Part shown: in pieces, positions 1 to 13,745 of the stretch
How the letters are laid out: every line of letters begins with the position of its first letter
Numbering within the stretch: position 1 is the stretch's first letter
NCBI GenBank assembly: GCA_964188305.1
Contig: OZ076888.1
DNA length: 64,000 nucleotides
DNA from: Podarcis bocagei
Lineage: Eukaryota
Reading direction: 5' to 3' (one strand)
Program-made: the position numbers and the translations under genes
Notes under the pieces: generated by a model
Told to the model about the DNA's origin: nothing
The model's database searches: none
What the model saw: only the letters and a program-made list of their open reading frames with translations

Positions 1-115
1 TTCACAGAAGTGTGACTGGCCCAAGGTCACCCAGCAGCTGCCTGTGGAGGAGCAGAGACGCGAACCCGGTTCACCAGATTACGAGTCCACCGCTCTTAAC
101 CACTTCACCATACTG
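1..115 (-). mobile_element. tRNA-derived SINE 5' half (Squam3/MIR-like), cut by window edge
   Basis: Reverse complement reads CAGTATGGTGAAGTGGTTAAGAGCGGTGGACTCGTAATCTGGTGAACCGGGTTCGCGTC...GGGTGACCTTGGGCCAGTCAC: Pol III A/B boxes followed by a MIR-type core. Confidence 0.8.
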
Positions 116-421
116 TAGGGAAATGTTTTAACTATTTTACTTCTCTGAGCTGTCATTGGGATATGGACATCCAAGGAATAAACAGCATCTTCGGTAAGTA
201 TAAAAGCCGCTTCACGGATCATAGATCATCTTTCTAATAATAGGTGTAAATTGCAGTCCCCATGGGGAAAGGAATACAGAGTGCACAGCCAGGCAAGTGA
301 CCATCTTGTTGCCAGTAGTGTCAGGGAAGTGAGATGGGGTAAAAAGCAATGAGAATAGCCACAACAATCTAATGAGAACTAAGGTTCAGAAGGGAATGTG
401 CTGCTCCAGAGAAATACTATC

Positions 422-912
422 TGTCATGGGATACAGAAGCCTGTGGCATTTGTACAGAGCCCCTGGTCGTTTCATGGACTATTGACCTGTACACCACTGC
501 TTTATTCTTCTGCTGCCACCAACTAGGTTCCTTCTGGTGAAATACTGGGTCTCAGTCATGTTGTAAAGTCAACAACGAAGATTAAAGTTCATTGAAGAAC
601 AAACAAGTTTTAAATATGTTCAGAATGGTTTCTCAGATGCACACCCTTAACTAGATGTGACACTATCTCACACTGTCACACTCTTCTCTCTCAGTTCTAT
701 TCCTGTCTCTCACTCTAACTGTCACAACCACTATGTTCGACCTTTTTCTGCCTCTGTCTGACCCTCACTCCTCTATCTCCCAATGGTAAACGCCTGGGCT
801 GAGCCTCAAAACCAGGTGAGCTCCGCCTCTGAGCTTTCTCATTGGTCAATGTACATTAACCATTTCCATCCCCCTGTACAAACATAATCACAAGGAATGG
901 GCAAACACCACA
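422..912 (-). mobile_element. possible solo LTR (Gypsy-like), boundaries uncertain
   Basis: Starts TGTCA and ends CACCACA, with a CT-rich interior and a reverse CCAAT (ATTGG) near 841; no TSD found. Confidence 0.3.
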
Positions 913-992
913 TCGCCTAATGTAACTATGCATTTTATTATTTTATGCAAGCTCTCCTTGAGGATTGCTCTGGATTCAGTGGTGGAATACAA

Positions 993-1195
993 ATCCGAAC
1001 TCCAAGTCATCTGAAGGCAATCCTGCATAGGGAATATTTTTTAATGTTTAATGTTTTATTATGTTTTTATATATGTTGGAAGCTTCCCAGAGTGGCTGGG
1101 ACAACCCAGTAAGATGTGTGGGGTATAAATAGTAAATCATCATTATGGAATGGGACATCCCTGTTTTCATTGGAGAAATGTTGGAGGGCATGCAG
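993..1195 (+). mobile_element. partial copy of composite MITE-like element containing an L2 3' tail
   Basis: 1008-1146 matches the 3' end of the L2 at 11884-12050, then GGAATGGGACATCCCTGTTTTCATTGGAGAAATGTTGGAGGGCATGCAG; this is an inverted homologue of 2920-3082. Confidence 0.75.
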
Positions 1196-2919
1196 ACAGA
1201 CATACAAACAATTACTACAGAAAACAAATGATGGGGTGTATATGCTTCTGGACTGTATCAATTCAGACTGGAGGTGATTTGAATTTTTTTATTTTAAAAA
1301 AATTCTCTTCCAAGCAACAACAAGTCTGAACCTAGAAAAGTTACAAGTTGGAACAGCAACTTCTCAAGCCTGGGAAGTGGACACATAACATCCTCTTCCC
1401 AAGGCTTCAGAAAGCAGCCTTCACCAATCTGCCTTGCAGTTAAGTGGTGCTGGTCACTCTGAGTAACAGGAGCACAATAGAGGACCACACTGCTGACCTG
1501 GCAATTCATGTCCCGCCACCAACTCAAGCAGGTTGCCTCAAAAAAGCTCTCTCCCCTTGCTCTGCATTTCTAAGTGCCCCCCCCCACTGCTAAAAACTGG
1601 ATGGAAACACGAAACAATGAAAAAGGAGAAGAAGAATCAATAATCAAACTACAATAGGAGAGGCCAGCAAGAGGAAGCTTGCTCAGGGGAGGGGAAACAG
1701 GTCCTTGTCTGATGGATGGCCTCATGTGTTATTGAGATTCCAATTCTAATTCTTCTCAAAAGGTTGCAAATATATCAGGCATTCTTTTAAATATCATTTT
1801 GAATATATATTTTTTCCAAGGCAACAAAGGAAGACACAAAGACAATCATCTCAAGGGAGAGGCGGGGAGCAAAAGAGAGAGCAGCCTAAAATAACTGAGC
1901 AATAAATAAACAACACTGAATGGTCTGGTCTGTCTCTTTTAACAAAATGTATCCCTATCCAACCTCCAGCATGAAAAACACAATTCATGGGTAAATAAGT
2001 TGCAAAGAATGCTGAGTCACAGGAGACTCAAAATGCAGGAAAGAAGTCGTTGTTTAATTGCTTAATTAATTTTGGCCGTTTCCTTTTACTTTCTCATTTC
2101 TGAATAGAAGACAACTGCCTGCATTAGTAAGATGAACAGCATGACTCAGATATTAACTTGTGTTTTTCATGTGGTAGTGCTTGGGCATTTAACACTCTCA
2201 TTTTTCCCCCTTTGGCTTTCACCTCTTGGTGCCCTAGATGTTAAATGGAGATGATCCCTGGCATACACTATAACCTGATCAACTAAAACTGCCCATCTGT
2301 AAAATTCCTTTCTCCATCTGTAATTCCACAGCACTAAAGGCTTTATGTAATGGCTTGTCCAAGCTATAAACACTTTTGAATGACCAAGAAATCCACATTC
2401 ATTCAGCATGATCCTTTCTTCGTGAACTGGAAGGTTATTGCTGGTGCTGACATTTTAGTATATGTGACAGATATTGGTCTCCTGTGGAAAAAGCTGCATT
2501 CAAATGATGGTGCACTTTATTCCTTCTTCTAAAGATTCTTCCCCATTCTCACTGGATGTATGTCATAAAGAACAGATGCATCCTGGAATATTTAAGAGCT
2601 AAACAGGAGACACTCTTATAACACCCATATTTTCACACCAATGGTGCACACCCCATCCCACAATGTCTGTCAATAGTCTAAGCTGCACTGGCTTCTGAAG
2701 TAATATCTGTTAATATGTTGACCATGACAGGGGTGCTCCTGGTGTGTTGTTTTTTTAAAGTACAGCTCAAAATGGATCTAGATGTACTCATAGAATAATG
2801 ACAACTTGAAATATCCATGACTATTATCTCCAATGGTACACAATCATGTTCTCATTTAGTTATCTTAGAGGCATATCTGAGGAGTATTTCAAAACAATGG
2901 TTCTAATTCTTAATTATTG

Positions 2920-3229
2920 CTGCATACCCTCCAATATTTCTCCGATGAAAATAGGGATGTCCCATTCCATAATGCTAATTTTGCTATTTATATACCACAC
3001 ATCTTGCTGGGTTGCCCCAGCCACTTTTGGCAGTTTCCAAACTTCCCTATACAGGTTTGCCTTCAGACAGCTCGGGGGCTGGATAACTCCATACCCTCCA
3101 ACATTTCTCCAATGAAAATAAGGACATCCTAAGGAAAAGTAGGACATTCTAGAATCAACTCAGAAACCAGGACAGCTTCTCTAAATCAGGGACGTCCCTG
3201 GAAAATGGGGACACTTGGAGGGTCTGTAG
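2920..3229 (-). mobile_element. composite MITE-like element (TIR CTRCAKACCCTCCAA) with embedded L2 3' tail
   Basis: Ends CTGCATACCCTCCAA...TTGGAGGGTCTGTAG; subterminal unit repeated at 2923 and about 3090; L2 tail at about 2975-3068. No clean TSD. Confidence 0.7.
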
Positions 3230-4242
3230 CTGCATTTTGGTTCACTTATTGTTTCAGAAACTGCAGGTTTGGTAATTTGTCTTTAAATGTGAACTAACTG
3301 AATTTCTCCCTCATCTCATCGTACATGAATTCCCATCATGTTCCTAAAGAGCCTTTGCCAAACTGGTGTTTTGGACTACCACTGCCATTGGCTAATGAGA
3401 GTTGTAGTCAAAAACCTCTAGAAGCAAGAGATTAGCAAACAATGTTCTAAACTGTGGCAAGGAATACAGGAGGCAGGACAGCTGTATACTTTACGTAAGG
3501 AAACTCTCAGATAACTTCACTTTTTCAGTGGCTCCAATTTGTTTAAGGCACCATTTTGTAGCAGATGCAATGTAATGGTGATTCTAGCTCTGAGCTGATT
3601 GGTTTATGTAAATGAGAACAGCATTCTTATTTGAAATAATTTTGCTATTAAGAAATCCACTTTTCTTGAGAGACCAGAGAAACCTGTCATTTAGATCTAT
3701 AACAGATATACATGCACAGGTACTGTATTAGTTAATAATGATTCACCACATCAATCTCTAGCACACCAAATTTTGCTAAATACAAATTCAAGGGTGTATG
3801 TATTCAGATAGTCTGCTATTGAGACACCATGCATTTATGTCTGAAGCACATTTAAATAGAAATTGCTGTGCTAATGTCAACTTCCACCCATGTCATTCAT
3901 AATCCATTAAGTATATTATTGCACAAATTGTGTGAGAAAGCAATTTACAGCATTCATTTATAGCATCAAGAAGAGATGGAGAAACCATACTGTACATTTA
4001 TTGCTTTGTAGTTTATGCAGTGGTTTACAGTTGTAATGGGAATCAAGGCTTTCATGCTTTATTATAAGATGGGATTATGCAAGCATTATCATGTGAATAA
4101 GATACAATAAGTTTATTTTTTTTAACCAAAGTTATACAGGAAATAATATTTTTGCACCTACTCATATAGAAGCCTGCTGTCTGTTTCTTTTTCTCGTTCT
4201 GTTCCATTCATGAAAAGAAACTGGAATCCTGAAAACCACAGA

Positions 4243-4602
4243 AAAGGTAAAGGTACCCCTGCCAGTACGGGCCAGTCGTGTCCGACTCTAGGGTTGTGTG
4301 CCCATCTCACTCAAGAGGCCGGGGGCCAGCGCTGTCCGGAGACACTTCCGGGTCATGTGGCCAGCGTGACAAAGCTGCTCTGGCGAGCCAGCACCAGAGC
4401 AGCACACGGAAACGCCGTTTACCTTCCCGCTATAAAGCGGTACCTATTTATCTACTTGCACCTAGGGGTGCTTTCAAACTGCTAGGTGGGCAGGAGCTGG
4501 GACCGAAAGACGGGAGCTCACCCCGCCGCGGGGATTCGAACCGCCGACCATTCGATCGGCAAGTCCTAGGCGCTGAGGTTTTACCCACAGCGCCACCCGC
4601 GT
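4243..4602 (-). mobile_element. Sauria SINE (Squam1), near full length
   Basis: Minus strand begins ACGCGGGTGGCGCTGTGGGTAAAACC, has B box GGTTCGAATCC and the body AAGTGCAAGTAGATAAATAGGTACC, and ends in an (ACCTTT)n tail. Confidence 0.95.
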
Positions 4603-6324
4603 TAAACTTTAGCAATCACCCAGTTTGCCGGCATTTCAGTAATTAGTTATAGGATTCTAATGACTGCAAGATGGGATCAAGTTGTGATCTAACTTTCTTT
4701 TTAGCACAGGTTAAATACACCCACAGACACGTATCTTATAAGCTTTCACAGAAAGTAAGAGATGGGTAGGAGACTCTGCTTAACAAACAGTCACAGAGTT
4801 AAGTGAACTCCCAGTTTTATGAAATAAATGAAACAGTATTTCAAAATGAAGTGCACACATTTCTTATACTTAATTTAACGTCTCTTAAGAACCTTTCAAT
4901 GATCCCAGTATTCCAGCCCTTCAGCAATCTTGCAATGGAGAAACAGAAGAGTTCACTGAGAAAATATATATATGAGCCAGAGCTCCAAAAGCATAGACCA
5001 GTTTCAAATGACCTTACAGGTCTTATAACAAAATCCACAAAGGTTTCTAGCCCATAGGAGCGTTTCTGTTCATAAGTTTATTGTCCCATCCAAAGGTCTT
5101 GACAACCTTGTAGAAATAGTATTAATAAAGAACATATATCCATAACAGAAACAAACATCCATCATGTAAGAGAAGATACCAGAGACACCAACAAGCTTAA
5201 ATCTAATGTGATTTCAGATTAAACCTCCTAATCACCAAAACAACTTATCCAGCTCCTTTTTCCTCACATCTTTTTAATCACATCTTTTTTCTGTCTCTGC
5301 TATGTAACTGGCACCCTTAAAAAAAACACAGCCAGATTTTTTAAAAGAGAGAAACTCCTAGAAACAGGCTAGAGAGCTGGGAAGCTAATTCAATATATTG
5401 CTAGTTGGCTGAAAAAAAAAAATTGTAATAATTCTGAACTCTTCCTACAACCATTTTTCTTGCTGCCCAAGAAAGCCTCCTTTTATTTGTGTTATTTACT
5501 GATGGAAAAATTTCCAGCCGACAGTCTGAAAATCACTACTCAAAGTGTATTGCTTATGTCACTGGAGATACAGTTCTGAGCTCCCACTTATCTCTTCTTG
5601 GTTTCATTGCTTCCTTGATGTGCATTTAAACCTGCCCCTGAGTTAGGTTACTGTCACTAGTGTTATCTCTGCTTTTTCAATAGCTGTTGTGATATTCTCA
5701 GAGTGCATTGATCACGGACTGTCTGGGCTTGAACGCTGTTACATTAAGACAGATAATGGTCATAATACAGAATAGATCTTATTGCCATAGACATTTCTAT
5801 ACTTTCTCCAGCAGTGCCATGCACACAAGGGGAGGATTCAGAAAGTTCTGCCCATAAAGTGGAGATTATTCCTTAAAGTGAAGAACTACTAAAAGCCATA
5901 GGAGATGAATAATCTTTTAACAAAAAATCAGATTCAAACAATGGATTCAACTAAAAAATGAAACAAAGTTTAATCCCTACCTAAGAAGTCAAGGAAAATT
6001 CAATGACTGAAAACTAGATAATGTCAACATATACCTTGCCTTGCTATCAAACTTATGCATTAAAGTCACAACTGTGAACCTCCTTACAGAATTGGCAAAT
6101 CCTGTTGCCAACAGGATCAGGGGATGGGATTTGCAAGATAATAAAGAGGAATGATGTGTGCAATGCCTAAAGTTGCCACTCTTTAACCTAACAGATACTG
6201 TGCACCTTTCAGCAGAAGAGCTTCAGCTGGTGCAGTTTCAACATCACAGAGGCCCTTTACTAGGAAAACTATATCTGAAGCAGAAATCTGTTGTGTAAGT
6301 AGAACAACAACAGAAGAGAAGGAG

Positions 6325-6880
6325 GGAATCTTTCAGGGATCTGGGGCCTAAGTAATTTAGGGCTTTGAATTGGGTCCAGGAATGAACTAGCAACCAATGC
6401 AGCTATTTTAAAAAGAGGATTATATGAGTTCTAGATGGAACCCATGCCGATAATCTGGCTGCTGCTTTTTGGACCAGTTGAAGTTTCTGAGGGTCTTCAA
6501 GGGCGGCCTCACATAGAGTGCACTGCAGTAATCCACCTTGGAAGTTACCAGAACATGGAATACCTTGGCCAAGACATCACTGTTCAAAAGAGGCTGTAGT
6601 TAGCATTTATTTTTTTTTCATGAGAGTACAGCGACCATTTTGGTCACCTTGCTCTGATGCAATTTCAGGCCAATATCTCTCCTTTAAAAAGCCCTTTCTC
6701 CAGGTCCGCAATCTCACATGGGTCACGTGACTAGCACAGGATTTTGGATGCAGAAGGTGGTGTTCCAGATTTGAGCTGCATTGTGTTGGAAGGAATACAC
6801 CAATGGCACCTGAACCTCCAGTGACAATGTTGGACCCAGGTGTACCCACAAGCTATAGACCTGCTCCTTTCAGGAGAGTG
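6325..6880 (-). mobile_element. degenerate L2-clade LINE fragment (ORF2 3' part)
   Basis: Similar to 12260-12650 (TTTAGGGCTTT, CCAATGCAG, CTGGCTGCTGC, CTTCAAGGGCGGCC, GCAGTAATCCA, ACCTGCTCCTTTCAGG); no open frame. Confidence 0.65.
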
Positions 6881-8272
6881 CAACTTTCCACCTCCTGGAC
6901 TCAATAACTTGGTACACGTAATGCTTAAGGCTTTTTCAGGGCTATCTGGAATATATTTCATGTCGGTATTTGTCAGTATTAGACATAGGTCAATAGACAT
7001 TGATTTGGCAAGATTACCTAAACCACATCTGTGTATTTATCCTATCACTTTAATATTCATGCGACACCAGAGTACCTTAAGAATTCAATCATAGTACAAG
7101 AAATAAGTTTAGTATTTTTCCTCCCATTAGCAACATAGCAAAATGCTTAGCAACTTTTTCACAGTAACGGTGTGGCTCTCTCAGATATTAAGAAAATGAA
7201 AACCACTTGAATATATGTTTAAGGCACATACTCATGGCCTATCAAAGCTGCATGGATTTCAAGGGAAATTAACCAAAGTATGAGGTGCTTCCCCAGAGCT
7301 GGAATTAAACTGGAATTACAGTCTGCAGTTTGGAAGCCCCTGGACAGCTTTTTAGTAGTGTCTTAGGTACAGAAAATGTAACATAGCACTCCTGGGGTTC
7401 CCTTTTGTTTTATTTTTTAATTACATACCTTGGTAATGATCATAATAATTCAAAAATGCTCCACAAAATGAGGAATTAGGCCTCAAATCTTTTCAGTGCA
7501 TAAGATAAAATGCCAATTAAACTTCACTCTGCTGTGTGAGATTTCAGAAGTTAAGAGGTGTGGAAATACCTGCCAAAAACACAAGGTCAGAAACCCATTG
7601 TGCATCATAAAGTTCTTTAATGGGAGTCCCTTTTTCCCTCCATAAACTCCTCGATTACCTTCTGAGAAGGGAAAATTTAGTAAAGGACATTCCTAGCACT
7701 CAGGCCCGGAGCTTCCAGTTAATGCACAAAACCTCGGTGAGAATGGGCACAAGTTCTGTCACTACTAATAAGGACACATTCCATGAGAACTTGTGCCATG
7801 CAAAGCACTATAGGATTGTTACTTGAAGGGATTTTTGCTATCCACTTAGAATAGACTGGCACATACTGGTACTATGTGCAGCACTTTTTGCAGGAATGGT
7901 CCCCCGTACATATCAATACCATAATACCAAAAAGCACCCTTTTGAACATGTTCATGGAAGCAGTGCATAACTGTAGCTACGTGAAAGGGTATGTGTGAAT
8001 GTTGTCCGCACATGTGAAGCACCTGTATACTGAGTGAAACCACTGCTCTATCTGTACATGTACCGTAGGTGCCCTACACAGAATAGGACCACTGCTCTAT
8101 GTGGCCCAGAACCTTAAATTAGACTTGGCGCAGCTGTCTGGCAAGATCCTTCTTAGCACAGTTACCTAAATTTCTTCTGCCAAAGATTGACAGTGGGACC
8201 TTGTGGATGCAAAACATGCAGCCTACTACTGAATTAGGGCCCCCACTCCAGAACTAGTCACCATGAATATTC

Positions 8273-8332
<60 letters not shown>

Positions 8333-8342
8333 CATCATCATT
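8273..8342. repeat. (ATT)n/(ATC)n microsatellite
   Basis: Direct reading: about 19 ATT units followed by ATC units. Confidence 0.95.
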
Positions 8343-8496
8343 CTGCTTTTCAAAAGTGTATCCTGAAGATGTAAGTTGCTTTTTTTAAAACCAAAACTTA
8401 ATTACCCTCAGTGGGAAAGGGCTCTGAATATGCTCAAAAGTACTCTTAATGCCTGAATAAGTACCGTATTTATCTGAATAATTTCCGGGGGGGGGG

Positions 8497-8905
8497 CAGC
8501 CATGTTAATTTGCCTTCAAAACACTGCCACTTTGTACTCACCTACAATTACTTTCAGCTTTGGGGAGATCATGTGTCTTCAGCTCAATGGCACCAGTGTG
8601 CATACTCACACAGCTCCATGGTATGCAAAATAATAAATATGCACAAAAAACTGCTGTGGTGAAGTGTCACTGTGCTCATTTTGCATATGTGTAAGCTCTA
8701 ATTGAATGATCACAGACTGTACTATTTTGGATTCCATTGCTATTTGACTCCAACATTTATTTGTTTTCTTTACATATTCTGCTCATCACCCTGCCAAATG
8801 AGGATTGCAGTTGCTGCATCTGATGAAGTAGACTTTAGGCCACAAAACTTAATCCACAATAAATTTGTTAGTCTTTACAATTCCACAAGCTTCTTTCCTG
8901 TTTTT
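8497..8905. mobile_element. old Penelope-like pLTR relics in inverted arrangement (8497-8583 minus, 8816-8905 plus)
   Basis: Plus copy: GCATCTGATGAAGTAGACTTTAGGCCACAAAACTTAATCCACAATAAATTTGTTAGTCTTTA. Minus copy: CTGAAGA...AAAGCT...GCAAATTAACATGGCTGCC. Both resemble 16342-16550; the minus copy is weak. Confidence 0.55.
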
Positions 8906-9358
8906 ATTTGAGAAATGTTTACACTACTCTTCTTCAAAAATGATCTGAGTGCAACTTACAATGAAAACCATAATATATAATCAACATAAACTCAGTCATA
9001 AAGCAAGAGTAAATTAAAAGATTAAGGTCTAAAAGACCTTAAAATACAATTCTGTGCATGACTACTCATATGTCTGCCCCATTGAGTTTAATGGGACTTC
9101 CAAGTAAGTGGCTGTGGGATTGTGCCTTAAAGGTCTAGAAGAATAGAAAAGGGTTTTGCCTGGTGCCTAATGGATAGAAAGTTTGGTGTCAGAAAAGCAT
9201 CTGTGGGAAGGGAGTTCATGAAATGGAACACCAAAAAATGCCTTCTCCCCTAGTTCCCGTCACTTTCTCCCTGTTGGCAGTGACAACCTGGAGAACTCTA
9301 GCAGCTGATCTTAACATCTGGGCATGTTGATATGGGAATTGGCTTTCTCTAGGTACCA
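8900..9358 (-). mobile_element. degenerate L2-clade 3' end, interrupted by a small palindromic repeat at about 9043-9130
   Basis: TTTTGCCTGGTGCC, GGGAAGGGAGTTC, GCCTTCTC and GATCTTAA...GGGCA motifs, collinear with the L2 3' region. Confidence 0.5.
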
Positions 9359-11882
9359 GATATACTAACGAGAACACTTAACTCTCAATCTTACTTGTCA
9401 AATCTTGATTTTCCCTTTTGCTTTATACTTATCAAGCCGAAACTTTGTTGTGTGTGTGTTTTAATGTCCCTGTACAAGCAGACATGAAAAAATGGGTCTT
9501 TCATCAAAAACACAGCACAGCTGTTTGCTCAGCTATGTTTAAAAGTCCCCCATGAAGTCTTTTTACATCACTGTACTTTAAGAATGCAACATTTTAAAAT
9601 ATGTATCAGACATATGTTCATAATACTGCTATTTATGTGAAATTCTCCAATATGCAGTGCCATCTGCCAGCAAATTCTAGAAAACCTAACTATTAATATC
9701 TGCTTTAATTACAGGGAGAACTCCATATGATTGCTACCAGTGAAAGAAATCTGATTGCTTGCGTTTATCTGGTCCACAAAGCTTCAAACTGTGCTGCTCA
9801 GAACCCAGGGGTTCCTCAGAAGCTTATCAGTAGCAATCACTGCAAATGAGATGAACAGAAATGGGCATTTAGCTTCCCTAAAAGATGACTTTCTCATCAA
9901 TATTAATTGCACTGAAAATGCACAGTCACAGGGCAGCGCAGAGTGCACATTATGAGGCATATGGCCAATGCAGGCATGAATTAAGTGTACTCTTTTGAAC
10001 ATGTCCCAGACCCTCTGCAGCAGGTAAAAGTATAGGACCCCTGAACAGTTAAGTCCAGTCAAAGACGACTATGCGGTTGCGGCACACATCTCTCTTTCAG
10101 GTCAATGGAGCAAGCAGAGTAACACATTCTTTCTTTAAAATCACCTTAAAGTCATTCATTAAAATAATTTGTTTTCATTGCTGTGTTCTTACTTATTTCT
10201 GTTACTCCCCCTGCTGCTGCTACCACAACTGAGCCAATTTCACCACAGGTTTCATTTTCATTCCACACCCCGACTCTTTTCTTGTAATCCCCTGGAACAC
10301 CACAAAGTTTAGGGTATTCTGGGAAACAAAATGGCAGCAGCCCAAATCAACTGTTGTCAAGAGAGATGTGAGTCCCCCCCTCAAGTAAGGGATGAAAGAG
10401 ATAAAGAAAACCAACCCCTTTTTCACACACTTATTAGTCATTTCATAAGAAACAAAATTGAAGTGGCTAGGTGCCATTTGTTTCAATTTCTGGCAACATG
10501 TGCTGCTAACCATACTTGCAGTTACCATCTGAGTCAACGAAGGCTCCCCAAAGCAGATACGGTGCATAGCTCAGTTCTCAGCTGAGCATTGGCTTGTGGA
10601 AAGATGGTCTCTGCAGAGCCAAGTATCTGCTCAGTGCCAATTCTCAGCATGGTCTGCTTGTGGATTCTAAGGCACAACAGCCAAAGGAACAGTGTGCCTC
10701 TGGTCAACAGATGCTGGAGATTAACTACAAGGGATACATACCACCATCATCCTGTCCTGTTATGAATGTTTGAGGGGTAATCTGTCTGACCTCTGCAATG
10801 AACAGATTGCTAAATTAAGATGGACAATTGATCTAGCCTAATACGGCACTCATATTCATATAGGAGACTTTGGACATTATTTTTTAAACAAAAAGTACAG
10901 ATGAAGAGCTCAAGAGCAACAACCTTGCTACCCATGTCCTGGCCTATTTTTCATCATCAAAGCATAATACACAGTGATACATGATGTGTAGTTTCCTGCC
11001 AAGTCCTGCCTTAGTAAGATTCACTTGCATTTTTAATATGGATTTGCTAACAGCAGTTAACCAGGTATTCAGACTGGGGGAAAGAAATCATTTCTTAGCG
11101 ATCACACTTTAGTTTCCAATGTCATTCTGCAACCTGGAATGCTGATGTGCTGGGTCCCGCTGCTTTCCCATTAAACATTAATCGGGAACACGGCAGGGCT
11201 GAGAACACGGGTGCTGCAGCAGTATGGAACACAATTAGTGGGAGCATTGCAGGCTCCCCCCTTAATTGCCTGGCTTTCCGTAGCAGAACAGTAATTTAGA
11301 CCGTCCTAACACCACCTGTCCACATTCAAAGAGAAGCAATTTATAAATAACTCTGGAGAAACATATTCTCATGAGACTTCAGTCTGTATTAGAAGTAACA
11401 AATAACGATATAATCAGCCAGAGTTGAAACGATCCAATGATGTTTTAAAAGTGCACTGATGCAAACTGCACATGCACAATATGAAGGCTGATTTTAATGT
11501 CAGGAATAATGATACAATTATATACAGAAATTCAACAGCCAGGGCGGGAGGGGGGGAATTAGCATGCATAAAACCCCTAGGTTGAGTCAGTTAAGGATCT
11601 CAGATGGCAAGAACCTCGCTGGGAGAAGACAGTACCCTCCCCTCAATGGCTTGACTGAGCAGAGCACAGCTTTATACATGCATAGGAAACTAATCAGTGC
11701 TGTTGAAGAGGTCACCAACCCAATGGGCACATCTGGCATTTTGAGAAAGTGTTGCAGACACCAATAACAAAATGGCTGCTGTGAGATGTGGTGCAACACA
11801 AAATGGCTGCTGTGGTGGAGTAGTGTTATGGCTGAAAGAGAGGCAGGACAATCTGCTTTCCCATCAATGGAAGAAAAGGCAC

Positions 11883-11883
<1 letters not shown>

Positions 11884-11925
<42 letters not shown>

Positions 11926-13745
11926 TTATTATTTATACCCCGCCCATCTGGCTGGGTTTCCCCAGCCACTCTGGGCGGCTTCCAACTGAATATTAAAAAC
12001 AGTACAGCTTCAAACATTAAAAACTTCCCTAAAGAGGGCTGCCTTCAGATGCCTTTTAAAAGTAAAATAGTTGTTTATTGCTTTGACATCTGCTGGGAGG
12101 GCGTTCCACAGGGCAGGCGCCACTACCGAGAAGGCCCTCTTCCTGGTTCCCTGTAACCTCACTTCTCGCAATGAGGGAACCGCCAGGAGGCCCTCGGTGC
12201 TGGATCTCAGTGTCCGGGCTGAACGATGGGGGTGGAGACGCTCCTTCAGGTATACTGGACCGAGGCCATTTAGGGCTTTAAAGGTCAGCACCAACATTTT
12301 GAATTGTGGTCGGAAACGTACTGGGAGCCAATGCAGATCTCTCAGAACCGGTGTTATGTGGTCCCGGCGGCCACTCCCAGTCACCAGTCTAGCTGCCGCA
12401 TTCTGGATTAATTGCAGTTTCCGGGTCACCTTCAAAGGTAGCCCCACGTAGAGCGCGTTGCAGTAGTCCAAGCGGGAGATAACTAGAGCATGCACCACTC
12501 TGGCAAGACAGTCCGCGGGCAGGTAGGGTCTTAGCCTGCGTACCAGGTGGAGCTGGTAGACAGCTGCCCTGGACACAGAATTAACCTGTGCCTCCATGGA
12601 CAGCTGTGAGTCCAAAATGACTCCCAGGCTGCGCACCTGTTCCTTCAGGGGCACAGTTACCGCATTCAGGACCAGGGAATCCCCCACACCCGCCCGCCCC
12701 CTGTCCCCCAAAAACAGTACTTCTGTCTTGTCAGGATTCAACCTCAATCTGTTAGCCGCCATCCATCCTCCAACAGCCTCCAGGCACCCACACAGGACCT
12801 TCACCGCCTTCACTGGTTCTGATTTAAAGGAGAGGTAGAGCTGGGTGTCATCTGCATACTGATGAACACCCAGCCCAAACCCCCTGATGATCTCTCCCAG
12901 CGGCTTCATATATATATTAAAAAGCATGGGGGAGAGGACGGAACCCTGAGGCACCCCACAAGTGAGAGCCCAGGGGTCTGAACACTCATCCCCCACCACC
13001 ACTTTCTGGACACGGCCCAGGAGAAAGGAGCGGAACCACCGTATGACAGTGCCCCCAGCTCCCAGCTCCTCTAGACGGTCCAGAAGGATGTTATGGTCGA
13101 TGGTATCAAAGGCCGCTGAGAGATCCAGCAGAACTAGGAAACAGCTCTCACCTTTGTCCCTAGCTCGCCGGAGATCATCAACCAGTGCAACCAAGGCAGT
13201 TTCAGTCCCATGGTGAGGCCTGAATCCCGATTGGAAGGGATCCAAATGGTCCGCATCCTCCAGGCGTGCTTGGAGTTGTCTGGCAACCACCCGCTCAATC
13301 ACCTTGCTCAAGAATGGTAAATTTGAGACTGGGCGATAGTTGGCCAAATTGGCTGGGTCTAAAGATGTTTTTTTAAGAAGCGGTTTAATGACCGCCTCTT
13401 TCAGTGGGCCTGGGAAGGCTCCCTCACAGAGGGAAGCATTCACCACCCCGCAGAGCCCATCGCCCAGCCCTTCCCGGCTCGCTTTTATCAACCAAGATGG
13501 GCAAGGATCAAGGAGACAGGTGGTCGGTTTCAATTGTCCAAGCAGCCTGTCCACATCCTCGGAGGTAACAGATTGGAATTGATCCCATGTAACAGGACTA
13601 GACAAAACTCTAGCACTCTCCCACCCTGGCCCTGCTCCCACGGTGGAGTCTACCTCCTTCTGAATCTGAGCGACTTTATCTGCAAAAAACTTTGCAAAAG
13701 CATTGCAGGAGATCTTGGGGTCCCTACCAGGCCCCGGTGGGGGGG
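11884..13745 (-). mobile_element. L2-clade non-LTR retrotransposon, 5'-truncated, young
   Basis: Uninterrupted RT frame, short 3'UTR ending in (TTA)14 at 11884-11925, CpG-rich. No TSD seen. Appears inserted in an older hAT-like MITE (about 11707-13841). The 5' boundary is approximate. Confidence 0.92.

Noticed and set aside
4210-4646. ORFs similar to those at 16847-17125 and 48951-49178
   Set aside because: The similarity comes from Sauria SINE copies, not from a protein family.
11786-12017. ORFs with poly-Ile or poly-Leu runs
   Set aside because: These are translations of the (AAT)14 tail of the L2.
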